Positions 36,891 to 45,594 of a stretch of 64,000 bases of DNA are shown in pieces (position 1 is the first letter of the stretch; each line of letters begins with the position of its first letter). Under the pieces are notes generated by a model. The model saw nothing but the letters and a program-made list of their open reading frames with translations, was not told the DNA's origin and searched no databases. Source of the DNA: a virus; IMG/VR virus record IMGVR_UViG_3300007790_000207. One strand, 5' to 3'. The position numbers and the translations under genes were made by a program.

Positions 36891-37099
36891 GCATCATCGA
36901 CGAGGTCGCCGCCGAGCGGCAGAAGCAGATCGAGAAGGGCTACGACGCCGCGCACGACGACGAGCACGGCTGGATGCACGTCCGCTACATCGCTCGTCTC
37001 AACCTCGACTGGACCACCGATGAGCGTGAGTCGATGGTCAAGGCCGCCGCGTCGCTCGTCGCGGCCGTCGAGGCCTTCGACCGGGAGCAGAGCCGGTGA
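36887..37099 (+). CDS. Conserved small phage protein (ER.KQI.KGYD..HDD.H type)
   Basis: Motif common in phage accessory genes. Confidence 0.65.
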   Translation: MSIIDEVAAERQKQIEKGYDAAHDDEHGWMHVRYIARLNLDWTTDERESMVKAAASLVAAVEAFDREQSR

Positions 37100-37368
37100 A
37101 CCGCTTCATCGTAGGCGTCCGGGAGTTCCTCCACAAGGAGGCCGCTGGCACCTGTCTCATCCTCGCCGCGGGCCTCCTCTCGCCCGCCCTCGGGCTGATG
37201 CCGGAGCGGTACTCGCCGGAGTACTGGGGTTGGCTCGTCGGCGTCGTCCTCCTCTCCCGCATCCCGCGCATCTTCATCGACCGGCTGGACTCCATCCAAT
37301 GGCACCTGGAGGTGGTCCGCGCCAAGCAGGACCTCCAGGACCTCGCCCGCCGCAAGCCCAACCCCTAG
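37096..37368 (+). CDS. Membrane protein
   Basis: Two TM segments. Confidence 0.55.
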   Translation: MNRFIVGVREFLHKEAAGTCLILAAGLLSPALGLMPERYSPEYWGWLVGVVLLSRIPRIFIDRLDSIQWHLEVVRAKQDLQDLARRKPNP

Positions 37369-37371
37369 ACC

Positions 37372-37428
37372 CCTGGCCCGCGCACTCAACCTCCAGCGCA
37401 AGCGCATCGAGCGGAACAGCGGGCCAGG
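37372..37428 (+). ncRNA. Solitary TIGR-like stem-loop guide unit 4
   Basis: Stem CCTGGCCCGC/GCGGGCCAGG; 37-nt loop gCA-ctcaacct-CCAGCgcaaGC-GCA-tcgagcgga-ACA. Confidence 0.72.
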
Positions 37429-37449
37429 ACAACTTTTCCAGGAGACCTC

Positions 37450-37641
37450 ATGGACAACAAGATCGACATCCCGAGCCACAACCGAGCCATCCGCCAGGCG
37501 CAGACCCTCTTGCGCCGTCGGACCGAGTCCTTCTCCAAGGACGAGCCGCAGAAGGGCTACTACGAGGAGAGCCGCGAGTCTCGCGCCTGGAAGAAGGCGG
37601 CCGACGCGCTGAACGACCTCCTCTACCCGGAGGTGGGCTGA
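37450..37641 (+). CDS. Hypothetical protein
   Basis: AGGAG RBS. Confidence 0.55.
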   Translation: MDNKIDIPSHNRAIRQAQTLLRRRTESFSKDEPQKGYYEESRESRAWKKAADALNDLLYPEVG

Positions 37642-37835
37642 TGTTCACCTCGATGATGGGTCTGGAGACTCCTGAGGAGCGGCAGTACCGCAAGGCCCAG
37701 GAGCGGCTCGACCGCCTGAAGGCCCGTCGCTCGATGCTCGACGTCAAGATCGAGGCCGCCGAGCGCACGCTCAACTTCTACCTCCCCTGGGTCCAGATCC
37801 AGGAGAGGCTCCGCGAGCAGGGCCGGATCAAGTGA
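37641..37835 (+). CDS. Small coiled-coil protein
   Basis: TGATG coupling. Confidence 0.55.
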   Translation: MFTSMMGLETPEERQYRKAQERLDRLKARRSMLDVKIEAAERTLNFYLPWVQIQERLREQGRIK

Positions 37836-38281
37836 GCCGCGGCTACTTCGCCATCGGCGTCTACCAGCCGAAGATCCCCGACAACATCGGGACGCTCATG
37901 CGCGCCGCGTACCTCTACGGTGCGGCCTACGTCTTCACCATCGGCAAGAGGTACGAGCGCCAGGCGACGGACACCCCGAACACGGCCAAGCACACGCCGC
38001 TCTTCCACTACGAGGACTTCTCGGACTTCCTCCACCACCGGCCGGACAACGCCCAGATCGTCGGCGTCGAACTCGACCACCGGAGCGTCTCCGTGGAGAA
38101 CTTTTCTCACCCGGAGCGAGCCATCTACCTGCTCGGTGCGGAGGACTACGGCCTCCGGGAGCGTCAGCGCCACCACTGCGACCACCTCATCCAGATCCCG
38201 ACCGTCAAGCCGCAGTCGATGAACGTCTCGGCGGCTGGCTCGATTGCCCTTTACAGCCGTCACGTCCAGATGGTACGTTGA
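37832..38281 (+). CDS. SpoU/TrmH-family RNA 2'-O-methyltransferase
   Basis: PKIPDNIGTLMRAA, LLGAEDYGL, SMNVSAAGSIALY SPOUT motifs. Confidence 0.9.
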   Translation: MSRGYFAIGVYQPKIPDNIGTLMRAAYLYGAAYVFTIGKRYERQATDTPNTAKHTPLFHYEDFSDFLHHRPDNAQIVGVELDHRSVSVENFSHPERAIYLLGAEDYGLRERQRHHCDHLIQIPTVKPQSMNVSAAGSIALYSRHVQMVR

Positions 38282-38291
38282 CACTCGTCAA
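38278..38291. promoter_or_regulatory. TTGAC-N4-GTCAA operator upstream of rtcB
   Basis: TTGACACTCGTCAA overlapping the SpoU stop codon. Confidence 0.7.
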
Positions 38292-38308
38292 CTGAAGGAG
38301 ACCCCACC

Positions 38309-39478
38309 ATGAAGAACCGCCCCGCGACCCGCCTCTACAACTGGGCGTCCATCCTCGACGAGGAGACCCTCGCCCAGGCGAAGCGCACCTCCGAGATGCC
38401 CTTCATCCACCCGCACATGGCTCTCATGCCTGACGCGCACCTCGGCAAGGGCGCGACGGTCGGCTCGGCCATCCCGACGCTCGGAGCCATCATGCCCGCG
38501 GCCGTCGGCGTCGACATCGGATGCGGCATGATCGCCGTCCGGACGAACCTCACGCTCGCCGACCTCCCCGAGGACCGCAAGCCGGTCCGCGAGGCCATCG
38601 AGGCCGCCATCCCGACCTCGGCAGGCAAGTACAACGTCGACCTCACCGAGACGGCCAAGCGCCGCGTCGAGGACCTCGCGATCCTCTCGGCTCAGTACGA
38701 CTTCAACCCGGCCGCCTACGCACCCAACTGGGCTCTCCAGTTGGGGACGCTGGGCTCTGGCAACCACTTCATCGAGATCTCGCTCGACGAGGAGGACCGC
38801 GTCTGGCTCTTCCTCCACTCCGGCTCGCGCGGCATCGGCAACAAGATCGCCCAGCACCACATCAAGGTCGCGCAGGAGTACTGTGCGCGACACTGGATCA
38901 TGCTTCCGGACCTGGACCTCTCCTACCTCGTCGAGGGGACGCCGGAGTTCGACCGCTACATCGCCGAGTTGCAGTGGGCGCAGGAGTTCGCGCTCCTCAA
39001 CCGCGAGGAGATGATGGACCGCGTCGTCGCGGCCGTCGAGGCGTGGGGTCCCGGCAAGTTCGAGGAGGTGGAGCGCATCAACTGCCACCACAACTACACC
39101 GAGCGCGAGCGCCACGGCGGCAAGGACGTCTGGATGTCCCGCAAGGGTGCCATCGACGCGAGCAAGGGCGTCATGGGCCTCATCCCCGGCTCCATGGGGA
39201 CGCGCTCCTACGTCGTGGAGGGGCTCGGCAACGCGCTCGCGCTCAACACCGCGCCGCACGGCGCTGGCCGCGAGTACAGCCGCTCGGCCGCCCGCAAGAC
39301 CTTCACGCACGAGCAGTTGCGCGAGGCCATGCAGGGCATCGAGTACCGCGACACCGACGCCTTCATCGACGAGATCCCGCAGGCCTACAAGGACATCGAC
39401 GTCGTCATGGAGGACGCCTCCGACCTCGTCGAGATCCGCCACACGCTCCGCCAGATCGTCAACGTGAAGGGAGACTGA
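38309..39478 (+). CDS. rtcB: RtcB RNA-splicing ligase
   Basis: MPDAHLGKG, VGVDIGCG, LGTLGSGNHFIE, HSGSRG, CHHN, PHGAGR, DEIPQAYKDI. Confidence 0.95.
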   Translation: MKNRPATRLYNWASILDEETLAQAKRTSEMPFIHPHMALMPDAHLGKGATVGSAIPTLGAIMPAAVGVDIGCGMIAVRTNLTLADLPEDRKPVREAIEAAIPTSAGKYNVDLTETAKRRVEDLAILSAQYDFNPAAYAPNWALQLGTLGSGNHFIEISLDEEDRVWLFLHSGSRGIGNKIAQHHIKVAQEYCARHWIMLPDLDLSYLVEGTPEFDRYIAELQWAQEFALLNREEMMDRVVAAVEAWGPGKFEEVERINCHHNYTERERHGGKDVWMSRKGAIDASKGVMGLIPGSMGTRSYVVEGLGNALALNTAPHGAGREYSRSAARKTFTHEQLREAMQGIEYRDTDAFIDEIPQAYKDIDVVMEDASDLVEIRHTLRQIVNVKGD

Positions 39479-39479
39479 G

Positions 39480-39737
39480 ATGCCCTCGGACGACGTCCTG
39501 AAGAAGGGAGCCGAAGCCCCGCTCCTGCCCTGGAACGAGGAAAAGCCCGGCTCGTGGTCGGGCGACCAGGATCGGCTCGCGGTCATCGAGAACCTCTCCA
39601 CGGTCCTCGTCGGCATGAGTGTGTCGGCACAGGAGGGCCTGGAGCGCCTCTCTCCGCTCGTCGTGCGGGACCTCGCCGAGGTCATCCGCATCGCGGCGCA
39701 GGACACGCGCCAGCAGAACAACGCCGGAGGTGCCTGA
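39480..39737 (+). CDS. Hypothetical protein
   Basis: Operon ORF. Confidence 0.55.
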   Translation: MPSDDVLKKGAEAPLLPWNEEKPGSWSGDQDRLAVIENLSTVLVGMSVSAQEGLERLSPLVVRDLAEVIRIAAQDTRQQNNAGGA

Positions 39738-39946
39738 TGTCCGAGGCCTACGTCGGCGACAGCCGGATCTACCTGTCTCCCAAGCGCACGGAGATCATGA
39801 AGCGCCAGGCCGCAGGCCGCATCGTGCGCGTGGGGGAGAGCACGAACCGCAACCTCACCGAGTTCTTCTTCAGCATCCCCGTCACCACTCTCCCGCGCCG
39901 CCGCGTCGTGCGGCCGGGGACCACCCGCTACAAGGCCTGGAGGTAG
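39737..39946 (+). CDS. Small basic protein
   Basis: GGAGG RBS, TGATG coupling. Confidence 0.55.
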   Translation: MSEAYVGDSRIYLSPKRTEIMKRQAAGRIVRVGESTNRNLTEFFFSIPVTTLPRRRVVRPGTTRYKAWR

Positions 39947-39949
39947 GTC

Positions 39950-40207
39950 ATGAACTTCGAGGCTCACTGCATCGGCGGCCCGCTCGCCGGGAACGTCTAC
40001 GCCATGCCGCCGGAGGGTGTCAAGGGCGAGCCTGCGCTCGGCATCCGGATCGAGTCCGCGTCGACCCTGCGGCCGGAGAAGGCCGCCGACGACACGCCCA
40101 TCCCCATCAAGCAGGGGGTGTACGCTCGCGACAAGAAGCCCTTCAAGAAGGGTGCCTACGAGTACGTCTGGCAGGGCTGGAAGCCTCTGACGGAGGAGGA
40201 AGCATGA
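39950..40207 (+). CDS. Hypothetical protein (IGGPLAG motif)
   Basis: GGAGG RBS. Confidence 0.6.
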   Translation: MNFEAHCIGGPLAGNVYAMPPEGVKGEPALGIRIESASTLRPEKAADDTPIPIKQGVYARDKKPFKKGAYEYVWQGWKPLTEEEA

Positions 40208-40707
40208 GCGGCCGCGAACTCGACCCGGACGGCACGGACTCCTACCACCCCGAGCACCCCTGGGAGCAGGTCGGACACCCGCTCTACATCCCGGAGCCGC
40301 GCCGGACGAAGTCGAACTGGCCGCCGCTCTCGGACGCGCGCCCGGCTGGACAGTGGGAGGCCAACTCGTGGGCCCGGATGCCGGACGGGCCCCTGCCGCG
40401 AATGCACTGGGAGGAGGGCTCGGGCATCGGGATCGGCAGGAAGCCGACGGTCCCGGACGGCTCGGTCGAACTCCACGGCCTCTACATCCCTTGGGCGAAG
40501 TACGCCGAGGTGGCTGGCGACCTCGCCATCGCCGAGTCGGTCCGCGAGCAGGAGCGCCGTCGCGTGGAGCGCATCGTCGAGATCGCATCGCAGATCATCA
40601 TCCAGGCGGACATCTCCAACGACGTGAAGTACGGCACGCTCTCGGCGGGCCCGATCAAGGAGCGGATGCAGGAGATCGTCCGGCTCGCACACCCCGAAGG
40701 AGCATGA
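40204..40707 (+). CDS. Hypothetical protein
   Basis: GGAGGA RBS, ATGA coupling. Confidence 0.6.
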   Translation: MSGRELDPDGTDSYHPEHPWEQVGHPLYIPEPRRTKSNWPPLSDARPAGQWEANSWARMPDGPLPRMHWEEGSGIGIGRKPTVPDGSVELHGLYIPWAKYAEVAGDLAIAESVREQERRRVERIVEIASQIIIQADISNDVKYGTLSAGPIKERMQEIVRLAHPEGA

Positions 40708-40997
40708 CCATGAAGCCTTACAACGGCCCCTACCCGCTCAACGCCATCCAGGCCCGCGAGGTCGCTGACCTCCTCAGCGCGCTCGACGAGACCTTCCCCT
40801 GGGAAGACCCGGACGACCACGGCCTGAAGTTCGGTGAGGGGAACCACATCGCCTTCCAGCCCATCGCCGTCACGACGGACGCGCTCGGCACCACGCCTGA
40901 GGTCCTCGGCTGGATCGTGATGCAGGACTTCGGCGTGCGGTTCACGCAGGAGGACCCGTACCCGAAGGCCGCGCCTCCGCGGGCGGTCGACCTGTGA
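40704..40997 (+). CDS. Hypothetical protein
   Basis: AAGGAG RBS. Confidence 0.6.
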   Translation: MTMKPYNGPYPLNAIQAREVADLLSALDETFPWEDPDDHGLKFGEGNHIAFQPIAVTTDALGTTPEVLGWIVMQDFGVRFTQEDPYPKAAPPRAVDL

Positions 40998-41467
40998 GCA
41001 TGGACATGCCGGTCCTGCCCTACGGCGGGACCGAGGGCCACTCCGGCACCGACACGTCGCGCGAGCGCGCTGAGCGAGAGGCGCTGAGCGCATCCGAGCG
41101 CCAGCAGACCGTCCTCGACCTCGCGGCGCAGTGGCGGGAGGACGGCGTCACCGTCGACGAGGTCCGCAAGGGCGGCATCCCGCACCACGGCTCCGCGAGC
41201 GCGACGCTGAGCGTCCTGCACCAGGGCGGGAGTCTCGTGCGGCTCGTCGAGAAGCGCGGCGGATGCAAGGTCTACGTCCTGCCCGAGCACGTCGCTGGGC
41301 GGCCGTTCGAGAAGTTCGTCGGCAACCGCGAGAAGGCGCAGATCGAGGCGCTGGAGGAGGCGAGTGAGACCATCAGAATCCTCCTGCGAAAGATCCCGCG
41401 CGCATCGTATGGGCTCAACCTCGCCTACAAGGTGCTCCAGCGGCAGATCGCCAAGATTCGGGGTTGA
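40994..41467 (+). CDS. Putative winged-helix DNA-binding protein
   Basis: TSRERA...HHGSASATLSVLHQGG..VRL, winged-HTH-like. Confidence 0.5.
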   Translation: MSMDMPVLPYGGTEGHSGTDTSRERAEREALSASERQQTVLDLAAQWREDGVTVDEVRKGGIPHHGSASATLSVLHQGGSLVRLVEKRGGCKVYVLPEHVAGRPFEKFVGNREKAQIEALEEASETIRILLRKIPRASYGLNLAYKVLQRQIAKIRG

Positions 41468-41493
41468 CGCTCGTCAAGTACCTGTGCTAATCT
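41464..41493 (+). promoter_or_regulatory. Promoter with TTGAC-N4-GTCAA operator
   Basis: TTGACGCTCGTCAA; TAATCT 41488-41493. Confidence 0.8.
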
Positions 41494-41527
41494 TTAGGTA
41501 CTGAGACCCCGACCCTAAGGAGCAACC

Positions 41528-42628
41528 ATGTGGATCTTCACCTCCGGCGGCGCGCTGATGCCGTCCCTCGCCCCGCTCGACAAGGCTGACGAGCAGTACA
41601 CGCTCGGCTACCGCGACTTCCAGGTCCGCGCCCGCGTGCGCTCGCACCTGGAGAACTTCATCCGCGACTACATGGAGCCGATGGGTCTCGACTACTCGGA
41701 GATCGAGACGACCGACAGCATGGACTACGACTGCCGGTTCTACACCACGCAGTCGGCGTTCGCCATGGCGATGAGCCTGGCGATCCACGACATCGACTAC
41801 AAGACCTTCAAGGACACCTCGGAGCGCCGCGACCGCAAGGGCCGCCTGCTCTACGCCGACGGCAAGGCCTACCACGACGTCCTCTACCGGGTCTGGGCCG
41901 TCATGGCGTCGCTCGGCAACCCCTACGGCCGGAACTTCCGCTACAGCACCTCCAGCCGGAGCGCGTCCAGCCTCTTCGACTACGACGCCGACGAGGTCGG
42001 CACGCACTCGCGCTTCCCGGCGGCGAAGGGCAAGAAGGGCAAGCGCGGCAAGGGCTCGCGCCGTCACGGCTCCTCGGAGCCCACCTTCTCGGGGCGGTGC
42101 ACCGAGGCGGGCGGCTACGTCCCCACGTCGTTCGGCGAGGCCAAGCACGAGAGCAAGCGCACGCCGCCCACGGCCGCGTCGCTGGCCGCCGCGGGCATCG
42201 CCGACCCCCAAGGCGTCGTCGACCGTTGGCACGAGCAGGAGGAGTCCGAGGCCGAGTTCCTCCGCCAGCAGGAGATCGAGGCCGACATGAGCGACGACGA
42301 GCGCGAGGACATCGCCATCGCCGCCGAGGAGGCCGCCATGGCGCTCATCGAGCACGACAGCGCGGTCGAGGACTCGCACTACGAGCCCGACCAGTTGTTC
42401 GCCATCGCCCGGTTCCTGCCGGTCGAGAAGTGGGACTCGTTCTTCTCGGTCGACGAGGTGGAGTACCTCGAAGTCCAGGCCAAGACCTGGGTCATGGGTC
42501 AGCAGAAGGCGCTGGAGAGCGCCGACAACGGCACGGGGGAGATCCCGGAGCCGGTGCTGACCATGGACCAGATCAAGGCCGCCATCGTCGAGGTCTCCAT
42601 CGCCCGCGCTGAGGCCAAGAGCAAGTAG
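41528..42628 (+). CDS. Hypothetical protein (MWIFT...VRAR N-terminal family, acidic C-terminus)
   Basis: AAGGAG RBS. Confidence 0.7.
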   Translation: MWIFTSGGALMPSLAPLDKADEQYTLGYRDFQVRARVRSHLENFIRDYMEPMGLDYSEIETTDSMDYDCRFYTTQSAFAMAMSLAIHDIDYKTFKDTSERRDRKGRLLYADGKAYHDVLYRVWAVMASLGNPYGRNFRYSTSSRSASSLFDYDADEVGTHSRFPAAKGKKGKRGKGSRRHGSSEPTFSGRCTEAGGYVPTSFGEAKHESKRTPPTAASLAAAGIADPQGVVDRWHEQEESEAEFLRQQEIEADMSDDEREDIAIAAEEAAMALIEHDSAVEDSHYEPDQLFAIARFLPVEKWDSFFSVDEVEYLEVQAKTWVMGQQKALESADNGTGEIPEPVLTMDQIKAAIVEVSIARAEAKSK

Positions 42629-42631
42629 ACC

Positions 42632-42699
42632 CGAAGCGGGTCCGCCACAAGAACACTCCGGCCGCAAGGCGCATTTCGGGGCTAGGCGGACCCGCTTCG
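42632..42699 (+). ncRNA. Solitary TIGR-like stem-loop guide unit 5
   Basis: 15-bp stem CGAAGCGGGTCCGCC/GGCGGACCCGCTTCG; 38-nt loop aCA-agaacact-CCGGCcgcaagGC-GCA-tttcgggg-CTA. Confidence 0.7.
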
Positions 42700-42709
42700 T
42701 ATTTTCCTC

Positions 42710-42738
42710 TTGACACTCGTCAAGGCATCGCATACGCT
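42710..42738 (+). promoter_or_regulatory. Promoter with TTGAC-N4-GTCAA operator
   Basis: TTGACACTCGTCAA; TACGCT 42733-42738. Confidence 0.8.
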
Positions 42739-42767
42739 CGAACCACACCCCAACCGAAGGAGCAGAC

Positions 42768-43043
42768 ATGGACCTCCAAGCACTCATCACGAAGGCCGAG
42801 GCGATCATCGCCAGCACGGTCGAGTCGATCCCCGAGGGCACGACCCGCGCCGCCTTCGCGCGAGGGGAGGGAGCCGACGAGAAGATGTCGACCTTCATCC
42901 TCCTCACGAAGGCCGCGAAGTCGGCCTATGACGACGGCCACAGCGACGGCTACACCGAGGGCAACCGAGAGGGCTACGACTCGGGCTACTCGGACGGCTA
43001 TGACCAGGGCTACAGCACGGCATCGACGGGAGCGGGACAGTGA
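42768..43043 (+). CDS. Hypothetical protein with Gxxx repeats
   Basis: AAGGAG RBS. Confidence 0.6.
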   Translation: MDLQALITKAEAIIASTVESIPEGTTRAAFARGEGADEKMSTFILLTKAAKSAYDDGHSDGYTEGNREGYDSGYSDGYDQGYSTASTGAGQ

Positions 43044-43303
43044 CCGACCCGAAGCAGGCCTTCGCCGCCATCATCCGCGGCCAGCAGATCCAGATCCTCA
43101 ACACGGCCATCGCCGACATCTCGCGCCTCCAGCGCACGGCGGCGACCTACGAGGCCGGGAACGCCCTCGGGAACGCCATCCGGGCCATCGCCAACATCCG
43201 CGACGACCTCTTCCACGAGAACGACAAGGCCTTCGAGGAGGGCGGGCCCCTCTACATCGACACCCGCATCATCCAGTCCCAGCACCCCGCCCACACGCAG
43301 TAG
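43040..43303 (+). CDS. Hypothetical protein
   Basis: GTGA coupling. Confidence 0.55.
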   Translation: MTDPKQAFAAIIRGQQIQILNTAIADISRLQRTAATYEAGNALGNAIRAIANIRDDLFHENDKAFEEGGPLYIDTRIIQSQHPAHTQ

Positions 43304-43312
43304 GAGAGCATC

Positions 43313-43573
43313 ATGAGCAAGCGCACGATCAAGACCAGCATCGGCACCGTCGCCGCTGAGACCTTCGCGGACGGATCGGTCTACCTCACCGTCAACCAGA
43401 AGAGCGGTCCCTCGGCACGCATCGGCCTCTCCGCCGCGGAGTGGGCCAGCCTCACCGGGGCCGAGCCCGAGATCGTCCCGGTCGCCACGACCGACGACGA
43501 GGGCAAGCCCACCGTCATCGCGCTCCCTGCCGAGGAGTGGCAGGCGCTCGGCCGGATCGCTGTGGAGGCCTGA
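43313..43573 (+). CDS. Hypothetical protein
   Basis: AGGAG RBS. Confidence 0.6.
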   Translation: MSKRTIKTSIGTVAAETFADGSVYLTVNQKSGPSARIGLSAAEWASLTGAEPEIVPVATTDDEGKPTVIALPAEEWQALGRIAVEA

Positions 43574-43575
43574 CC

Positions 43576-44010
43576 ATGAACTTTTCCGAGACGCAGATCG
43601 AGCAGGCCGCCGAGGTCCTCTTCCTGGAGGACGACCGCACCCTCATCGACACCCCCTGGAAGCAGTTGAACCGACACTCGCGAGCCCGCAAGCACTACCG
43701 CAGGCTGGCGATCCGGCTCCTGCCGGGCATCGTGAAGGTCATCGACCCGCACTACGAGGACCGCCAGCGGAAGAGCGGCGTCACCGAGTACGAGGGCAGG
43801 ATCTACGGCACCTGGCCGGTGCTCCTCCAGCGCGGCACCGAGGTTCGGGTCGGCACCCGCATGGGCCGCTACGGCGGGATCATGGCGACCTACGACAACC
43901 AGCCCTTCCACGAGGAGAGCGACAAGTGGTGGGAGGCCCAGGGCTGGACCATCGTGAACCCGCCCCTCCACGACGAGGCTCACGCGCGCTTCCAGGAGGC
44001 TCAGCGATGA
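43576..44010 (+). CDS. Hypothetical protein
   Basis: GGAGG RBS. Confidence 0.6.
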   Translation: MNFSETQIEQAAEVLFLEDDRTLIDTPWKQLNRHSRARKHYRRLAIRLLPGIVKVIDPHYEDRQRKSGVTEYEGRIYGTWPVLLQRGTEVRVGTRMGRYGGIMATYDNQPFHEESDKWWEAQGWTIVNPPLHDEAHARFQEAQR

Positions 44011-44294
44011 AGAACGGTGTCATCCTCCTCCAGCCGCACACGGTCCTGAAGGAGAGCGATTACCACGAGTGGGTCTTCATCCCCGGCTGGCGAGGCACGC
44101 CTCTGTCGGTCACCCGCGACCGCGCCGGGCGCAAGCACCCCTACGGGACGCACCAGTTCCTCGTGCTCATCTGCAACAACCCCGACTGCAAGGGCCAGGC
44201 GGGCGTCTCGGAGGACAACCTCCTGTACCCTGCCGCCGAGGCCTTCCCGCCGCCTCCGAAGAAGCCGAGGACCGACGGTGAGCACGACGACTGA
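44007..44294 (+). CDS. Hypothetical protein
   Basis: AGGAGG RBS; CNNPDC. Confidence 0.55.
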   Translation: MKNGVILLQPHTVLKESDYHEWVFIPGWRGTPLSVTRDRAGRKHPYGTHQFLVLICNNPDCKGQAGVSEDNLLYPAAEAFPPPPKKPRTDGEHDD

Positions 44295-44541
44295 GCGGGC
44301 CTACTCTCGCATCGTCTGCGACGTCTGCGGGACGAAGAGCCCTGCCCGCATGTCGGTCACGCTGGCGTGCTGGACTGCTATCGAGCGCGACTGGCGGCTC
44401 GGCATGGACGACCTCTGCCCTGCCTGCCGCGCCGCCGCGGAGATCGAGGAGCAGGCGGCCACTGAGTGCGCCATCGCGAACCTCCGAGCCTCCGGCTGGC
44501 TCGATTCCATGAAGGACGGCTTGACGCCGGTCAAGGACTGA
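44278..44541 (+). CDS. Zinc-ribbon protein
   Basis: CDVC...LCPAC. Confidence 0.6.
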   Translation: MSTTTERAYSRIVCDVCGTKSPARMSVTLACWTAIERDWRLGMDDLCPACRAAAEIEEQAATECAIANLRASGWLDSMKDGLTPVKD

Positions 44542-44549
44542 AGTACTGT
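44521..44549 (+). promoter_or_regulatory. Promoter with TTGAC-N4-GTCAA operator
   Basis: TTGACGCCGGTCAA; TACTGT 44544-44549. Confidence 0.75.
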
Positions 44550-44556
44550 AGGAGCC

Positions 44557-44748
44557 ATGAAGCCTTTCCCCGCCAAGCGTCCCCGCCGGTTCGTCGTGAC
44601 CGTCGAGCAGACCAGCACCCGCACCTACGAGGTCCACGCCCACACGGCGGAGGAGGCCGAGGCCCGCGCTCGACGCGGAGATGCAGGCCACCCCGTCGAC
44701 ATCGCCTACGGGCCCATCGTCTTCAACGTCGAGCCGGTGCGGCGATGA
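44557..44748 (+). CDS. Hypothetical protein
   Basis: Downstream of promoter. Confidence 0.55.
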   Translation: MKPFPAKRPRRFVVTVEQTSTRTYEVHAHTAEEAEARARRGDAGHPVDIAYGPIVFNVEPVRR

Positions 44749-45044
44749 GCGCCGAGATCTTCGAGGGTCTGGACGGTCTCCGAGCCACCACCGCCGACTG
44801 GGTCGCCAAGCGTCCCGGTCAGCCGATCCCGATGGATGCGCCGAGCCTCCTCGACATCGTCGACACCCTCCTCGCCGCCAAGGCCGAGGCCGACAAGATG
44901 GCGTCCGAGCACGGTCAGTCCTGGAACGAGGGCTCCGGCGCTCGCATCCTCCGCGCCATGGGGACTGAGCCCGCCCACTGGGCTCGTCAGCCCGAACCCG
45001 GCTCCGACATGGAGCCCGACTTCGAGGAGCGGCCGTGGCGATGA
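44745..45044 (+). CDS. Hypothetical protein
   Basis: ATGA coupling. Confidence 0.55.
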   Translation: MSAEIFEGLDGLRATTADWVAKRPGQPIPMDAPSLLDIVDTLLAAKAEADKMASEHGQSWNEGSGARILRAMGTEPAHWARQPEPGSDMEPDFEERPWR

Positions 45045-45430
45045 ACTCTGAACCGATGAGCGACGAACGGATGGAGATCATCCGCAAGGGTGTGCAGGCG
45101 CTCGCAGATCACGCCGCCGCCGGAGGCAACCGGAACTGGGCTGAGGTGGTGGTCGGAGAACTTTTCACGGAGGTTGAGCGGCTCCGCGCCCACCCGACCT
45201 CCTACGAGGACCTCCTCGCGGATCGCAACGGCTGGAAGAAGGCGTGGGCGGAGGAGCGCGAGAAGGGCCGCTGGCGCATCAACGCGATCTCCCGGCTGAA
45301 GGGGCCGGTCATGCTCGCGCGCCTGAAGGGCTACTTCGTCGACACCGTCCTCTCCGACCACGACGTCGACGAGTACGTCGCCGGAGAGGTCCACAAGATC
45401 ATCCGCGAGGTCATCGGGGAGGAGATCTGA
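45041..45430 (+). CDS. Hypothetical protein
   Basis: ATGA coupling. Confidence 0.6.
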   Translation: MNSEPMSDERMEIIRKGVQALADHAAAGGNRNWAEVVVGELFTEVERLRAHPTSYEDLLADRNGWKKAWAEEREKGRWRINAISRLKGPVMLARLKGYFVDTVLSDHDVDEYVAGEVHKIIREVIGEEI

Positions 45431-45594
45431 TGGACTTCGTCGTCGGCGTCGCTCTCGCGCTCGCGGCCATCGCGCTGATGGTCTTCGCCTACCGGCGCGG
45501 CCGGAGGGGCGGCTGGGAGGTCCCGGCGGCTCTCGCCTTCATCGTGAGCGTCGTCGCCATCGTCATGCTCTGGAGCGTGCGCCATGGCTCGTGA
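45430..45594 (+). CDS. Small membrane protein (2 TM)
   Basis: Hydrophobic; TGATG coupling. Confidence 0.55.
   Translation: MDFVVGVALALAAIALMVFAYRRGRRGGWEVPAALAFIVSVVAIVMLWSVRHGS

Noticed and set aside
42925-43020. GYxxG repeats as a DNA repeat element
   Set aside because: A protein-level Gxxx repeat common in small phage proteins; the DNA copies are degenerate.
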